From assembly GCA_963803805.1 (NCBI GenBank), contig CAWDOD010000011.1:727525-791524 (forward strand): DNA of 64,000 nt. The letters are read 5' to 3'. Source of the DNA: an uncultured cyanobacterium. GTDB taxonomy: Bacteria; Cyanobacteriota; Cyanobacteriia; Cyanobacteriales; CAWCAG01. Shown in pieces: positions 50,416-58,882 of this stretch. Under the pieces are notes generated by a model that saw only the letters and a list, made by a program, of their open reading frames with translations, made no database searches and had not been told where the DNA came from. Position 1 is the first letter of the stretch; every line of letters begins with the position of its first letter. The position numbers were made by a program, and so were the translations under genes.

Positions 50416-51405
50416 TCAATTGTCTAGCCAAGTCAACAAATCAGCAAGACTTTGGAAATTTAAAATTGCCTTACCAAGACTGTCTAATTTCTCCACAGAT
50501 AACTGCTCAATTCTAGTCTTTATCTCTGGAGATAGTTCACCCAAAGAACGTTCCAGCAATCCTAAAATTAACTGTTGCATACCCTCCTGTCTACCCTCCT
50601 GTCTACCCTCTTGTCTACCTTCTTGCCTACCTTCTTGTCTACCTTCTTGTCTACCTTCTTTTAATCCCTGCTTTCTTCCTTCTTCCCTCGCTTCTCTCTT
50701 ACCAAGAATAACTGCCCCTTGCTGATCTCTAATAAACATTTCTCGCTTTTCTAATTCTTCTAACTCTTTGGTAGTGAAATTTGCTTCATTGGCAATCATA
50801 AATGCTTGCTCTAATTCTGGTATCATTTCCATATTGAGTGGTATTTCCTCTAAAACATTGGTTTTTCTCATAAAGTAGATCCACTTGTCTGTAATTGTTT
50901 CCAAATCTTCTAACTGTTTTTTAAATTTAGGTAATTCCACAAAAACTAACTCTAAATCGTTATCTGGATAAACTAAATTATCATCTCTTTCTTGAAAAAC
51001 AAAATGAGAAATAACTGGCGATCGCTCCTTAAAAACTTTAAAGTCAGTAATAGTTAAGGCAATGACTGGTTGTAGTTTCAGATATCCTTCACCTCTTTTA
51101 AGCTGATTGGTATAAGTCTTGGCAGCATTGTATAAAACTCTTTTTTTGAAAGCTTCAACATTAATAACTTGCATTTCAATAATGACGTTTGTGCCATCAC
51201 TAATTCTCGCTTTGACATCTAAATAAGAGTCTTTGAGGGTAGCAACTTTACCAGCAGAATAAGTGTCAATTATTTCTAAGTCTTGGATAATATCCTGCCC
51301 TTCATAAAGCAGGGCATTGAGAAAACTAATCAGTATATTCTTGCTATTTTCTGAACCGAATATCTTCTTAAAGGCAAAGTCGGTTTTAGGATTAACAAAT
51401 CTCAT
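50416..51405 (-). CDS. Rpn family PD-(D/E)XK nuclease/putative transposase with DUF4351-like C-terminus
   Basis: NPKTDFAFKKIFG, LDV, IIEMQV, FVELPKF, DKWIYF; (QEGR)n linker; L..L..A.L.F.SL.DL..WL end. Confidence 0.9.
   Translation of the reverse strand: MRFVNPKTDFAFKKIFGSENSKNILISFLNALLYEGQDIIQDLEIIDTYSAGKVATLKDSYLDVKARISDGTNVIIEMQVINVEAFKKRVLYNAAKTYTNQLKRGEGYLKLQPVIALTITDFKVFKERSPVISHFVFQERDDNLVYPDNDLELVFVELPKFKKQLEDLETITDKWIYFMRKTNVLEEIPLNMEMIPELEQAFMIANEANFTTKELEELEKREMFIRDQQGAVILGKREAREEGRKQGLKEGRQEGRQEGRQEGRQEGRQEGRQEGMQQLILGLLERSLGELSPEIKTRIEQLSVEKLDSLGKAILNFQSLADLLTWLDN
50581..50660. repeat. 12-bp tandem repeat encoding (QEGR)n within the Rpn gene
   Basis: About six copies of ACC(C/T)TC(C/T)TGTCT. 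Confidence 0.9.
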
Positions 51406-51489
51406 CTTATTTCAGCTAGAACAATGGCTAAGGGTTTCTATTTTAATCTTCAAACTTAGTTGTTAAGGCGAAAAAAACCCAATAAATTA

Positions 51490-52095
51490 CTAACTTGAAG
51501 AAGAATTAGATTTAGTAGGATTGCTTAACTTCCACAAACAACTAGAAATTAAGTTAGTAACAATATGAGCTATTACTGGTACGAGTAAGTTTCCAGTTAA
51601 GATTGCACTCATACCTAAAATTGCCCCGACAACACTTGCCCAGACTACATAGGGCCATTGTTGGGAACCGCTAAAATGGAGGATACCAAAACAAATACTA
51701 GATATTACCACTGCTGCAATATCTCCTCCCAAAGCAGGTAACATTACTCCCCTAAATAGTAGCTCTTCGCTTAAGCCAGGTAACAGCCCTAACCAAATAA
51801 TATCTTGCCATTCTAGGGGTTTAAGGACTAACTCTAAATAAAAATCTGCACTTTCACGATAAGCTGGCCACAAACGATAAACTAAGCTACTAATAGTTGG
51901 AATAATTAGGGCTAAACTCAAGGCAATTAAAACTGAATTAGTATTGAAATAAAAAGGTAGCAGAGAAACGGAACCAAAGTATTGCCAGATTTTTGCAGCA
52001 ATCAACAAAACAACAGCCGTAACCCCCATAACTACCAAAACTTGGTTGCGAGTTAGGGGTTCAATTTCAGGGTGGTTAGGAGATTGGTTAGTCAC
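51490..52095 (-). CDS. CPBP family intramembrane glutamic endopeptidase (CAAX/Abi)
   Basis: SEELLFRG, FGILH, AH..TN. Confidence 0.92.
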   Translation of the reverse strand: MTNQSPNHPEIEPLTRNQVLVVMGVTAVVLLIAAKIWQYFGSVSLLPFYFNTNSVLIALSLALIIPTISSLVYRLWPAYRESADFYLELVLKPLEWQDIIWLGLLPGLSEELLFRGVMLPALGGDIAAVVISSICFGILHFSGSQQWPYVVWASVVGAILGMSAILTGNLLVPVIAHIVTNLISSCLWKLSNPTKSNSSSS

Positions 52096-53170
52096 AGGTT
52101 TGAGATAGAGAACTTAGAGACGATAGGGAAGGATTTAAGGCCCCAGGGTCAATACCGGCACGATGGGCAACTAAAATCCCTAAAGCCTCTAAATATGAGT
52201 TTACCCGAATTGCTTTAATACCAACTTTTTCTGGATCAACTTGCATTTGAGTTTGATTGTTCTCAACGGCAATAATTATTCTACTACTGTTGTTGCTTAA
52301 ACTTAGTAAGGCGCTACCACCACAAGCCGTAGCGGGTACAACTACAGCATTAACTTGTTCTGCCCAGATGTCTTCAGGTAAATTAATGTAACCTGGTTGG
52401 GGAATTATGTATTGAGGGGCGCGACTTAATCCAGCTAAGACGCAGGGTAAGAAGGTGTAGCCTAATTCTTCAGCCGCCGCACGGGGAGAAACTGTAGGAT
52501 CTACTGGTAAGGGCAATAAAGCGGGGGCGTGGGCGCAAGGTATTTTAAAAGTTCGTACAATGAGGTGAGAGATAACCGCTTCTGCCCCGGCGAGGGGATC
52601 TACCCCTGAACCTTGACGATAGTTTTGTAAGGCGATAGTTTCAACTTCATCAGGAAAACGGGCAACTACGGCGATCGCTTCTGCATCCTCTTGTTTGATC
52701 AGCTTTTCTGCGGCCCCTAACAAACTATCTGGGTTACTAATTGTTCCCATACTTGCCCCTGAAGGGGCTGTACGCAGTTCTACCCCCAAAGGTTTGTCAG
52801 TCCTTATGTAGTTGGTTACAGATAGCCCCAACGTTGCTCTGGCGGCATCTGCGGCTTGAAGATGGCGTAGTTGTAATTCAGGTTCTATGGCTTTGTCGAA
52901 GATTAAACCAATGCGGTTTTGTGGTACTGGACGCAAGCCCCAATTGCCAACAGCGAACTGATCTAGGGCATAACCTTCTACATAATAGCTGTTAGATAAT
53001 GGCCAGTATAACTGTGCGCCATTGAGAACATTAGGATGGGTGATTAGGCGATCGCAGGTTTGTGATATTGCCCTAGCCACAGGCAGGGCATCTCCCGCAT
53101 AACCACCGATGGCAGCGCCAATACCAGTAGGAACAATTAAGACTACGGTGTAAGAAGGTTGGTTTAACAA
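52088..53170 (-). CDS. DUF3326 family protein
   Basis: PTGIGAAIGGYAGDA, THPNVLNGA, GAEAVISH, AEELGYTF. Confidence 0.88.
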   Translation of the reverse strand: MLNQPSYTVVLIVPTGIGAAIGGYAGDALPVARAISQTCDRLITHPNVLNGAQLYWPLSNSYYVEGYALDQFAVGNWGLRPVPQNRIGLIFDKAIEPELQLRHLQAADAARATLGLSVTNYIRTDKPLGVELRTAPSGASMGTISNPDSLLGAAEKLIKQEDAEAIAVVARFPDEVETIALQNYRQGSGVDPLAGAEAVISHLIVRTFKIPCAHAPALLPLPVDPTVSPRAAAEELGYTFLPCVLAGLSRAPQYIIPQPGYINLPEDIWAEQVNAVVVPATACGGSALLSLSNNSSRIIIAVENNQTQMQVDPEKVGIKAIRVNSYLEALGILVAHRAGIDPGALNPSLSSLSSLSQTCD

Positions 53171-53175
53171 AAATA

Positions 53176-53367
53176 TTACGCTTCAACAACTTCAGATTCT
53201 TTAGTGACAACAGCTTCCACTTGAACTTTTTGCTGTTCACTATCTACTTTGGTTACAGCCCAGCGTAAAGGTTTACCTTGCTTAGTTAATTCTGCTTCGA
53301 TTTCCTGTTGTAGTTTGGTAGGAGATTCTTGGAGATTGATTTCTGCGGTGATAAAATGGGTGGTCAT
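53176..53367 (-). CDS. Small conserved cyanobacterial protein
   Basis: MTTHFITAEI.L...IE.EL...G.PLRWAVT...VEAVVT; co-oriented with the DUF3326 gene. Confidence 0.75.
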   Translation of the reverse strand: MTTHFITAEINLQESPTKLQQEIEAELTKQGKPLRWAVTKVDSEQQKVQVEAVVTKESEVVEA

Positions 53368-53394
53368 TTTTAATTTAATTTTTTTAGTCTGGTT

Positions 53395-54195
53395 CTAGCC
53401 CTTAATTTTAATAGGTTCGGTAATTGTTTGCTTATTTGTATCATCCGAACTTGCTAACGAATCCCAATTTTCAACGGTTTGCCGATAAAACCAAGAGTTG
53501 AGTTTTTCCTCCTCTACATAACCTTTTAAACTAGGATCGACCCATATATGCAGTTTTTCCAAACATCCCAATTCTGAAGCTACACTTTCTATATCTTGCC
53601 ATTGTTGAATAAAGCAATCTGCCCAAGACTTTCTAGTCATAATCGACTCAGCAAAATTAAGTCCTGCGGCTAACATTCTTTTGCCATTAGTACCTCTAGC
53701 ATTTATCGGTTCCCAAAATATAACTTCTGGGTTAACTTCCATGATTTTTTCTAGATGTACCCTAAAATCATCACGCTTCATAAAAGGGGGAGTAGGGGCA
53801 ACAGCAACATACAAACGACAACCTGCTTGATAACCTTCTAATAGGGCTTGGTAACGTACAGTTGGTGATGGTGCTTGTGGTTCAATTTTACGACTTAATT
53901 GATCATCTAAATAAGGTAGACTCATGCCCACTGTAACATTAGGATGATTGAGTATATCAAGGTCTTTTAGCCACAAAGGAGAGCGAGTCAAAATTCTGAC
54001 TCGCTTGTTATATTTAATGAGAATTTGAACAACTTGACGAGTAATAGTTGCAGTTTCTTTGTTTTGATAAGGATCTGTTCCTGAACACAATAGAACTACA
54101 CCTTTTCCTGAGTTTGTTCTTTCCCAAGTCTTTTTACGAGTGAGAATTTTCTCTAGTTTTGCAGGTATATCTTCACGAATAAATAGATATTCCCC
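53395..54195 (-). pseudogene. SplB/spore-photoproduct-lyase-like radical SAM protein, 5'-truncated
   Basis: SGTDPYQ, ILTRSPL..D, EP.AP.P..R motifs; the frame extends upstream (GEYLFIREDIP...) to a C-run near 54192, but no CxxxCxxC motif is present. Confidence 0.75.
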
Positions 54196-54199
54196 CCCC

Positions 54200-54557
54200 T
54201 TTGGTAGTAGTTGGACAGAAGAAAAGTTAGAGAGGATTCGTAAATATCTTTCTGCTTATACAACTATTATGAGAAAGCATAATTTTAAATATGCTTATAT
54301 AGATGCTTTTGCTGGAACAGGATATCGAGAATTAAAAGATGGAGAAGAACTGGGACAATTGTTGCTTCCTGAACTATAAATCAATTAGTGAATATTTTGT
54401 CAAACGATTGAAAACTATATTTCCAGGAGTAGTAGAAAACCCTCTTATACTTCGTAACTCTTGTAATACTCCTTTGTATTTACTATGTTTTGCTGCCGCC
54501 AATGATCAAGGGGCAAAGACAGCAATCAAGATAGCCCAACACATATTAAAAGAATAA
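54200..54557 (+). pseudogene. Three-Cys-motif partner protein (TcmP-like) with a large internal deletion
   Basis: FG.SWTEEKL..I.KYL.AY...YIDAFAGTG N-terminus joined out of frame near 54375 to the C-terminus RL.TIFP.V..NPL.LRNS.N.PLYLLCFAA.N..G...A.KIA. Confidence 0.8.
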
Positions 54558-54601
54558 TTATTTTTATTAACTAGCAGATTAATGATCCACTTACTAATTG
54601 A

Positions 54602-54669
54602 GTAGGGTGTGTTAGCAGGTAATAATAATTGTCAAAAACACTTCAATTTTGGTTCCTGCGTAACGCACC
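54602..54669 (+). repeat. GTAG-type REP-like element, left copy
   Basis: GTAGGGTGTGTTAG...CGTAACGCACC. Confidence 0.75.
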
Positions 54670-54672
54670 ATC

Positions 54673-54823
54673 GGGAGCATCTCAGTTTTGCAGAAATAGT
54701 TTGTCTGTGAAGTTAGCTATTAGCTGTTAGCTGTTAGCTTTAAGAATACATTTCTTGCTGCTTCAGTGAAACTAATATCAAGTTGACGGCTAAAGCCTGT
54801 ATTTACAAATTTGAGATGCTCCC
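54673..54823. mobile_element. 151-bp MITE with 12-bp perfect TIRs and a 9-bp target-site duplication
   Basis: GGGAGCATCTCA...TGAGATGCTCCC flanked by CGCACCATC at 54664-54672 and 54824-54832. Confidence 0.9.
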
Positions 54824-54836
54824 CGCACCATCTCTA

Positions 54837-54933
54837 ATACCAATTTTTTAAACTGTGACTACACACACATAAATCAAAAGAGCGTAGCTACGAAAGGTTG
54901 TTTATCTGTAAGCCTAATTTAGGGAATTGGTAT
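54837..54933. mobile_element. Second short MITE-like element
   Basis: ATACCAATT...AATTGGTAT terminal inverted repeats, about 97 bp. Confidence 0.5.
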
Positions 54934-54962
54934 AATACTATAATTCCTAAAGGTTAGATATC

Positions 54963-55033
54963 GGTGCGTTACGGCGGGATTAAATATTTTTGTTGAGTTA
55001 CCATTTTGAAAATAGCCGCCTAACACACCCTAC
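54963..55033 (-). repeat. GTAG-type REP-like element, right (inverted) copy
   Basis: Reverse complement reads GTAGGGTGTGTTAG...CGTAACGCACC. Confidence 0.75.
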
Positions 55034-55137
55034 TGGACTGGCTTAAAGCAAAAGTCCGTTTAAACGGTTAATATATGAAACGGGGAATTTATTTCTAGCT
55101 AGCTTAATATAGAAGACTATACTTGCACTCCCAGCAA

Positions 55138-56262
55138 ATGATAATAATATTACTCCTTATTCTAATTGGCGCTTCTCTATTTTTTTACCTAGCTTGTACT
55201 TGGTTTACCTGGCACTTTTTCACTTCATCAATACCAACTAACTCCGATTTTACTCCCCCTGTAACAATAGCTATGTCTGTCTGTGGTTTAGAACCAGGCG
55301 CATGGGAGAATTGGTTATCTTTTTGTCAACAAGATTATCCTGATTATCAAATTCTATTTGGGGTTACAGATGCTCAAGATCCTGCCTTACCTTTATTACA
55401 AAAATTAGTAGCAACCTATCCTAAAAAAGTTAAACTTTTTCCTGGATTAGAACCCAAAGGTATTAATTATAAAGACAGTAACCTTAACTATCTTTTACAA
55501 CAAACTGAACAGGAATTTATTATTTTTGCTGATAGCGATATTAGAGTTGAGCCTGATTACATCTCTAGAGTTATTGCACCCTTAGCAGATGAGCAAATTG
55601 GTATGGTAACTTGCGCTTTCATTGGCTACAATCCTCAAAGTTTAGGGGCGGCGATCGCTTCCTTTGGGCGTTGTTTTGATTTCATTCCTAGCCTTTTAAT
55701 TGCCCGTTTCCTGGATGGAGGGCTTAAATGTGCCATCGGTACAACCATCGCTACCCGCAAATCAGCTTTGGCTAAATATGGTGGCTTGCATCTTAACCGT
55801 ATTGGTTCTGATTATAATTTGGGTAAACGAGCTACAGATGCGGGGTATAAAGTAGAATTATCTCCCTATGTTTTAGAATCCGATACCGGAGAAGAAAAGG
55901 TTCAACAGGTTTATCAAAGGGAGTTACGCTGGGCAAGAACTATTCGCTTCAATCGCGGTTCACAATACTATACAATGGCGTTTTGCTATGGTACGGTTTA
56001 CTGCCTGCCTTTACTAATAATTTCTGGCTTCTCTCACTGGGCGATCGCCGTTACCTTAATAACCTGGCTCATACGCTACATTCAAGTCCTAGCATCCATT
56101 TTAACAATCAAAGCCCCTCGCTTAATAGTCTGGCTTTGGGCATTACCTCTACGAGACTTACTTAGCTTTGTAGTATGGCTGGTAGGCTGCTTTGGGCAAG
56201 AGGTTTACTGGCGTGGGCGTAAGTTGAAAATTGAAGGAGATGGAATCATTAAAGATAATTGA
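55138..56262 (+). CDS. GT2 ceramide-glucosyltransferase/HpnI-like glycosyltransferase
   Basis: N-terminal TM, SFCQQDYP.YQILFG, ADSDIRV, RELRWARTIR, V.WRG. Confidence 0.8.
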   Translation: MIIILLLILIGASLFFYLACTWFTWHFFTSSIPTNSDFTPPVTIAMSVCGLEPGAWENWLSFCQQDYPDYQILFGVTDAQDPALPLLQKLVATYPKKVKLFPGLEPKGINYKDSNLNYLLQQTEQEFIIFADSDIRVEPDYISRVIAPLADEQIGMVTCAFIGYNPQSLGAAIASFGRCFDFIPSLLIARFLDGGLKCAIGTTIATRKSALAKYGGLHLNRIGSDYNLGKRATDAGYKVELSPYVLESDTGEEKVQQVYQRELRWARTIRFNRGSQYYTMAFCYGTVYCLPLLIISGFSHWAIAVTLITWLIRYIQVLASILTIKAPRLIVWLWALPLRDLLSFVVWLVGCFGQEVYWRGRKLKIEGDGIIKDN

Positions 56263-56338
56263 TAAATATACTGAATCCCTATTCCCTGCTGCCCATTTTA
56301 TTGTATGATAGTAAATTGTGTCTTAACTTAAACTAGTC

Positions 56339-56536
56339 ATGCCTAAACTAAAAACCCGTAGGGCTGCGGCAAAGCGTTTTCGGAAAACAGGGACAGGAAA
56401 AATCATGCGCCGTAAAGCCTACAAAAATCATCTTCTTTTGCATAAAGGAGAAGATCGCAAACGCCGTCTCTCTAATGCCACTGAAGTTCATGAAAATGAC
56501 GAGAAAAATGTTCGCTTGATGATGCCTTATATGTAA
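56339..56536 (+). CDS. rpmI: 50S ribosomal protein L35
   Basis: [19 protein letters not shown]. Confidence 0.98.
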   Translation: MPKLKTRRAAAKRFRKTGTGKIMRRKAYKNHLLLHKGEDRKRRLSNATEVHENDEKNVRLMMPYM

Positions 56537-56590
56537 TTAATCAAGTATTTTTAGTTGTTAACATTTATAAAGAAAAACTAAACATCAATT

Positions 56591-56944
56591 ATGACTAGAG
56601 TAAAACGCGGTAATGTTGCTCGCAAACGCCGCAAAAAAATTCTCAAACTAGCTAAAGGTTTTCGGGGTTCTCACTCCAAACTTTTCCGTACTGCTAATCA
56701 ACAGGTGATGAAAGCATTGCGTAATGCTTATCGCGATCGCCGTAAGAAAAAGCGCGATTTCCGCCGTTTGTGGATTACCAGAATTAACGCTGCGGCACGT
56801 CAACAAGGAATGAGCTATAGTCAGCTAATTAATAAGTTGAAAAAATCCGATATTCAACTGAATCGAAAAATATTAGCACAATTAGCTGTTCTTGATCCCC
56901 CTACTTTTAATAAAGTGTTGGAAACAGCGAGTAAAGCTGAGTAA
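56591..56944 (+). CDS. rplT: 50S ribosomal protein L20
   Basis: MTRVKRG...[16 protein letters not shown]. Confidence 0.98.
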   Translation: MTRVKRGNVARKRRKKILKLAKGFRGSHSKLFRTANQQVMKALRNAYRDRRKKKRDFRRLWITRINAAARQQGMSYSQLINKLKKSDIQLNRKILAQLAVLDPPTFNKVLETASKAE

Positions 56945-57055
56945 TTAGGTAGTAGGTAATAGGTAATAGGAGATGTTAGTTTTGTTTGATAAAGCTGGCA
57001 GAATAAATTACAAATTCCTATTTCCTTTTCTCAACCGAGGTTTTTATAAGAAACA

Positions 57056-57838
57056 ATGTGGTTAAGAACAGGATTTTTGAGCTTATTTTTAGCTGGTAGT
57101 CTTATAGCTGTATCAGTTTCTTCTGTTCCCTCCTACGCCGCAGAGTTGGCAGATATTGAACGTCGGGGCAAATTAATTGTCGGAGTTAAAGATAACTTGC
57201 CCCCCTTGGGTTTTCGGAATGAACAGGGGAAACTGCAAGGATTAGAAATAGATATTGCTAAAGGTTTGGCAGAAGAATTATTAGGTGACTCCGAAGCAAT
57301 AATCTTTAAACCTGTCACTAATTTAGAACGCTTTCAAGTAGTTCTTAAAGATGAAGTAGATATAACTATCGCTAGGGTAACATTCACAGATTCCCGCGCT
57401 AGGATAGTTGATTTTAGCCCTTATTATTATTTGGATGGAACGGGCTTAATTAGTAAAAATAGCTTCCCAAAAAAACTAACTGCCTTTACTCAAAGTACCA
57501 TTGCTGTACTAGAAAATTCCAATACCATTGCCGTAATTAAATATCACTTACCCCAAGCGAAATTAGTCGGAGTTGAATCTTATCAACAAGCATGGCAACT
57601 ATTAGAAAATAATCAAGCAGACGCATTTGCTGGAGATATCACCATCCTCACAGGTTGGGAACAAGAATATCCTCAATACCGCCAACTACCTCTCTATTTA
57701 TCTGGTGAACCATTGGGGATAATTATGCCGAGAGGATTGCAATATGGGGAATTGCGACGACAAGTAAATAAGGCGATCGCAACTTGGCATGAGTCGGGTT
57801 GGCTACGGGAGAGGGCAACTTATTGGGGTTTGCCTTAA
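57056..57838 (+). CDS. Amino-acid ABC transporter substrate-binding protein (SBP family 3)
   Basis: RGKLIVGV, G.L.GLEIDIA, R..IVDFS.YY. Confidence 0.9.
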   Translation: MWLRTGFLSLFLAGSLIAVSVSSVPSYAAELADIERRGKLIVGVKDNLPPLGFRNEQGKLQGLEIDIAKGLAEELLGDSEAIIFKPVTNLERFQVVLKDEVDITIARVTFTDSRARIVDFSPYYYLDGTGLISKNSFPKKLTAFTQSTIAVLENSNTIAVIKYHLPQAKLVGVESYQQAWQLLENNQADAFAGDITILTGWEQEYPQYRQLPLYLSGEPLGIIMPRGLQYGELRRQVNKAIATWHESGWLRERATYWGLP

Positions 57839-57956
57839 AAGATTATAAATTATATCAGGTCTTTCACCTCCTAGCTAGGCAAGTGGTAAAATGCTAAAGC
57901 TAGGCAAGAAATAGCCTTTAATTAATAAATTTCTAATTAATATCTTGATTAAACCT

Positions 57957-58493
57957 ATGGACAATACTCTTCCTATAGTTTATCTTTCTACTTTATTAGT
58001 CATCTTAAGTTTATCAGCTATCTTTATTTTACGTCAGGTTCTCAAAGTTCGTAAAAAAGAAGTAACCCTTGGTAAGCTACAAAAAAAGCTTCAAAACGAA
58101 AAGGGAACAGCCCAAGAGTATTACGAATTAGGTAGTATTTATCTTGACAAAAAGCTTTTTGTTCAAGCAGTTTCATTACTACAAAAAGCCCTTAAAAATA
58201 ATGAAGAAATAGAGTCGGAAAACCAAGCTTTAATCTATAATGCTTTAGGTTATGCTTATTTTGCTCAAGAACAATACGACTTAGCTATTCGTTATTACAA
58301 AGATTCTGTTAAGCAAAATCCTGGTTATGTTACTCCTTGGAATAATTTAGGTCATGTTTATGAAAAAAAACAATTAACTACTAAAGCTTTAGAAAGTTAT
58401 GAAGAAGTTCTCAAGTACGAACCAGAGAATAATGTAGCGAAAAAAAGAGCTGAATCTTTACGCAAACGTATGGCTCCTTTGAGTAGTAAATGA
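57957..58493 (+). CDS. ycf37: TPR protein with N-terminal TM (Ycf37-like)
   Basis: TM helix followed by three TPRs (YYELGS, YNALGYAYF, WNNLGHVYE); downstream of rplT. Confidence 0.7.
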   Translation: MDNTLPIVYLSTLLVILSLSAIFILRQVLKVRKKEVTLGKLQKKLQNEKGTAQEYYELGSIYLDKKLFVQAVSLLQKALKNNEEIESENQALIYNALGYAYFAQEQYDLAIRYYKDSVKQNPGYVTPWNNLGHVYEKKQLTTKALESYEEVLKYEPENNVAKKRAESLRKRMAPLSSK

Positions 58494-58604
58494 CGAGGTG
58501 ACTAAGACCAGGAGAAGACAGGGAAGAAGGCATAATACTAAGCTCTTTCAATAGATATCTTCGACTGACATTTATTAAAATATTTTAGAAAAGCTTGAAC
58601 CATT

Positions 58605-58816
58605 TCAGGGCCAAAGATTGACTATCTTTAAAATAATTATACGAGTTTCTTGATCAGCTTCTTGCCATTCTTCTGCTAATAGTAAATTTCGCAAAGGTTT
58701 TTGGTTCCCTCTAAACCCCCAAGAATGTAACCATCATCAGGAGAAGGAAAGGAACTTTGACCACCTAAAACAACATCATGAGAACCGGGTTGTTCGGACT
58801 TTTGAGATTCATTCAT
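58605..58816 (-). pseudogene. Remnant of a GUN4-domain protein
   Basis: Manual translation: P..HDVVLGGQ...ILGGLEG leader, then a shifted frame LRNLLLAEEWQEADQETRIIIL (start of a GUN4 domain), then a stop. Confidence 0.65.
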
Positions 58817-58882
58817 AGTGCATCTAAATATTAATAAGCCGTTCAAAACTTACGGAAAACAAACACAATCCTAGCCCTAAAC

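Noticed and set aside
50416-51405. Rpn gene as an insertion sequence
   Set aside because: No terminal inverted repeats or target duplication seen
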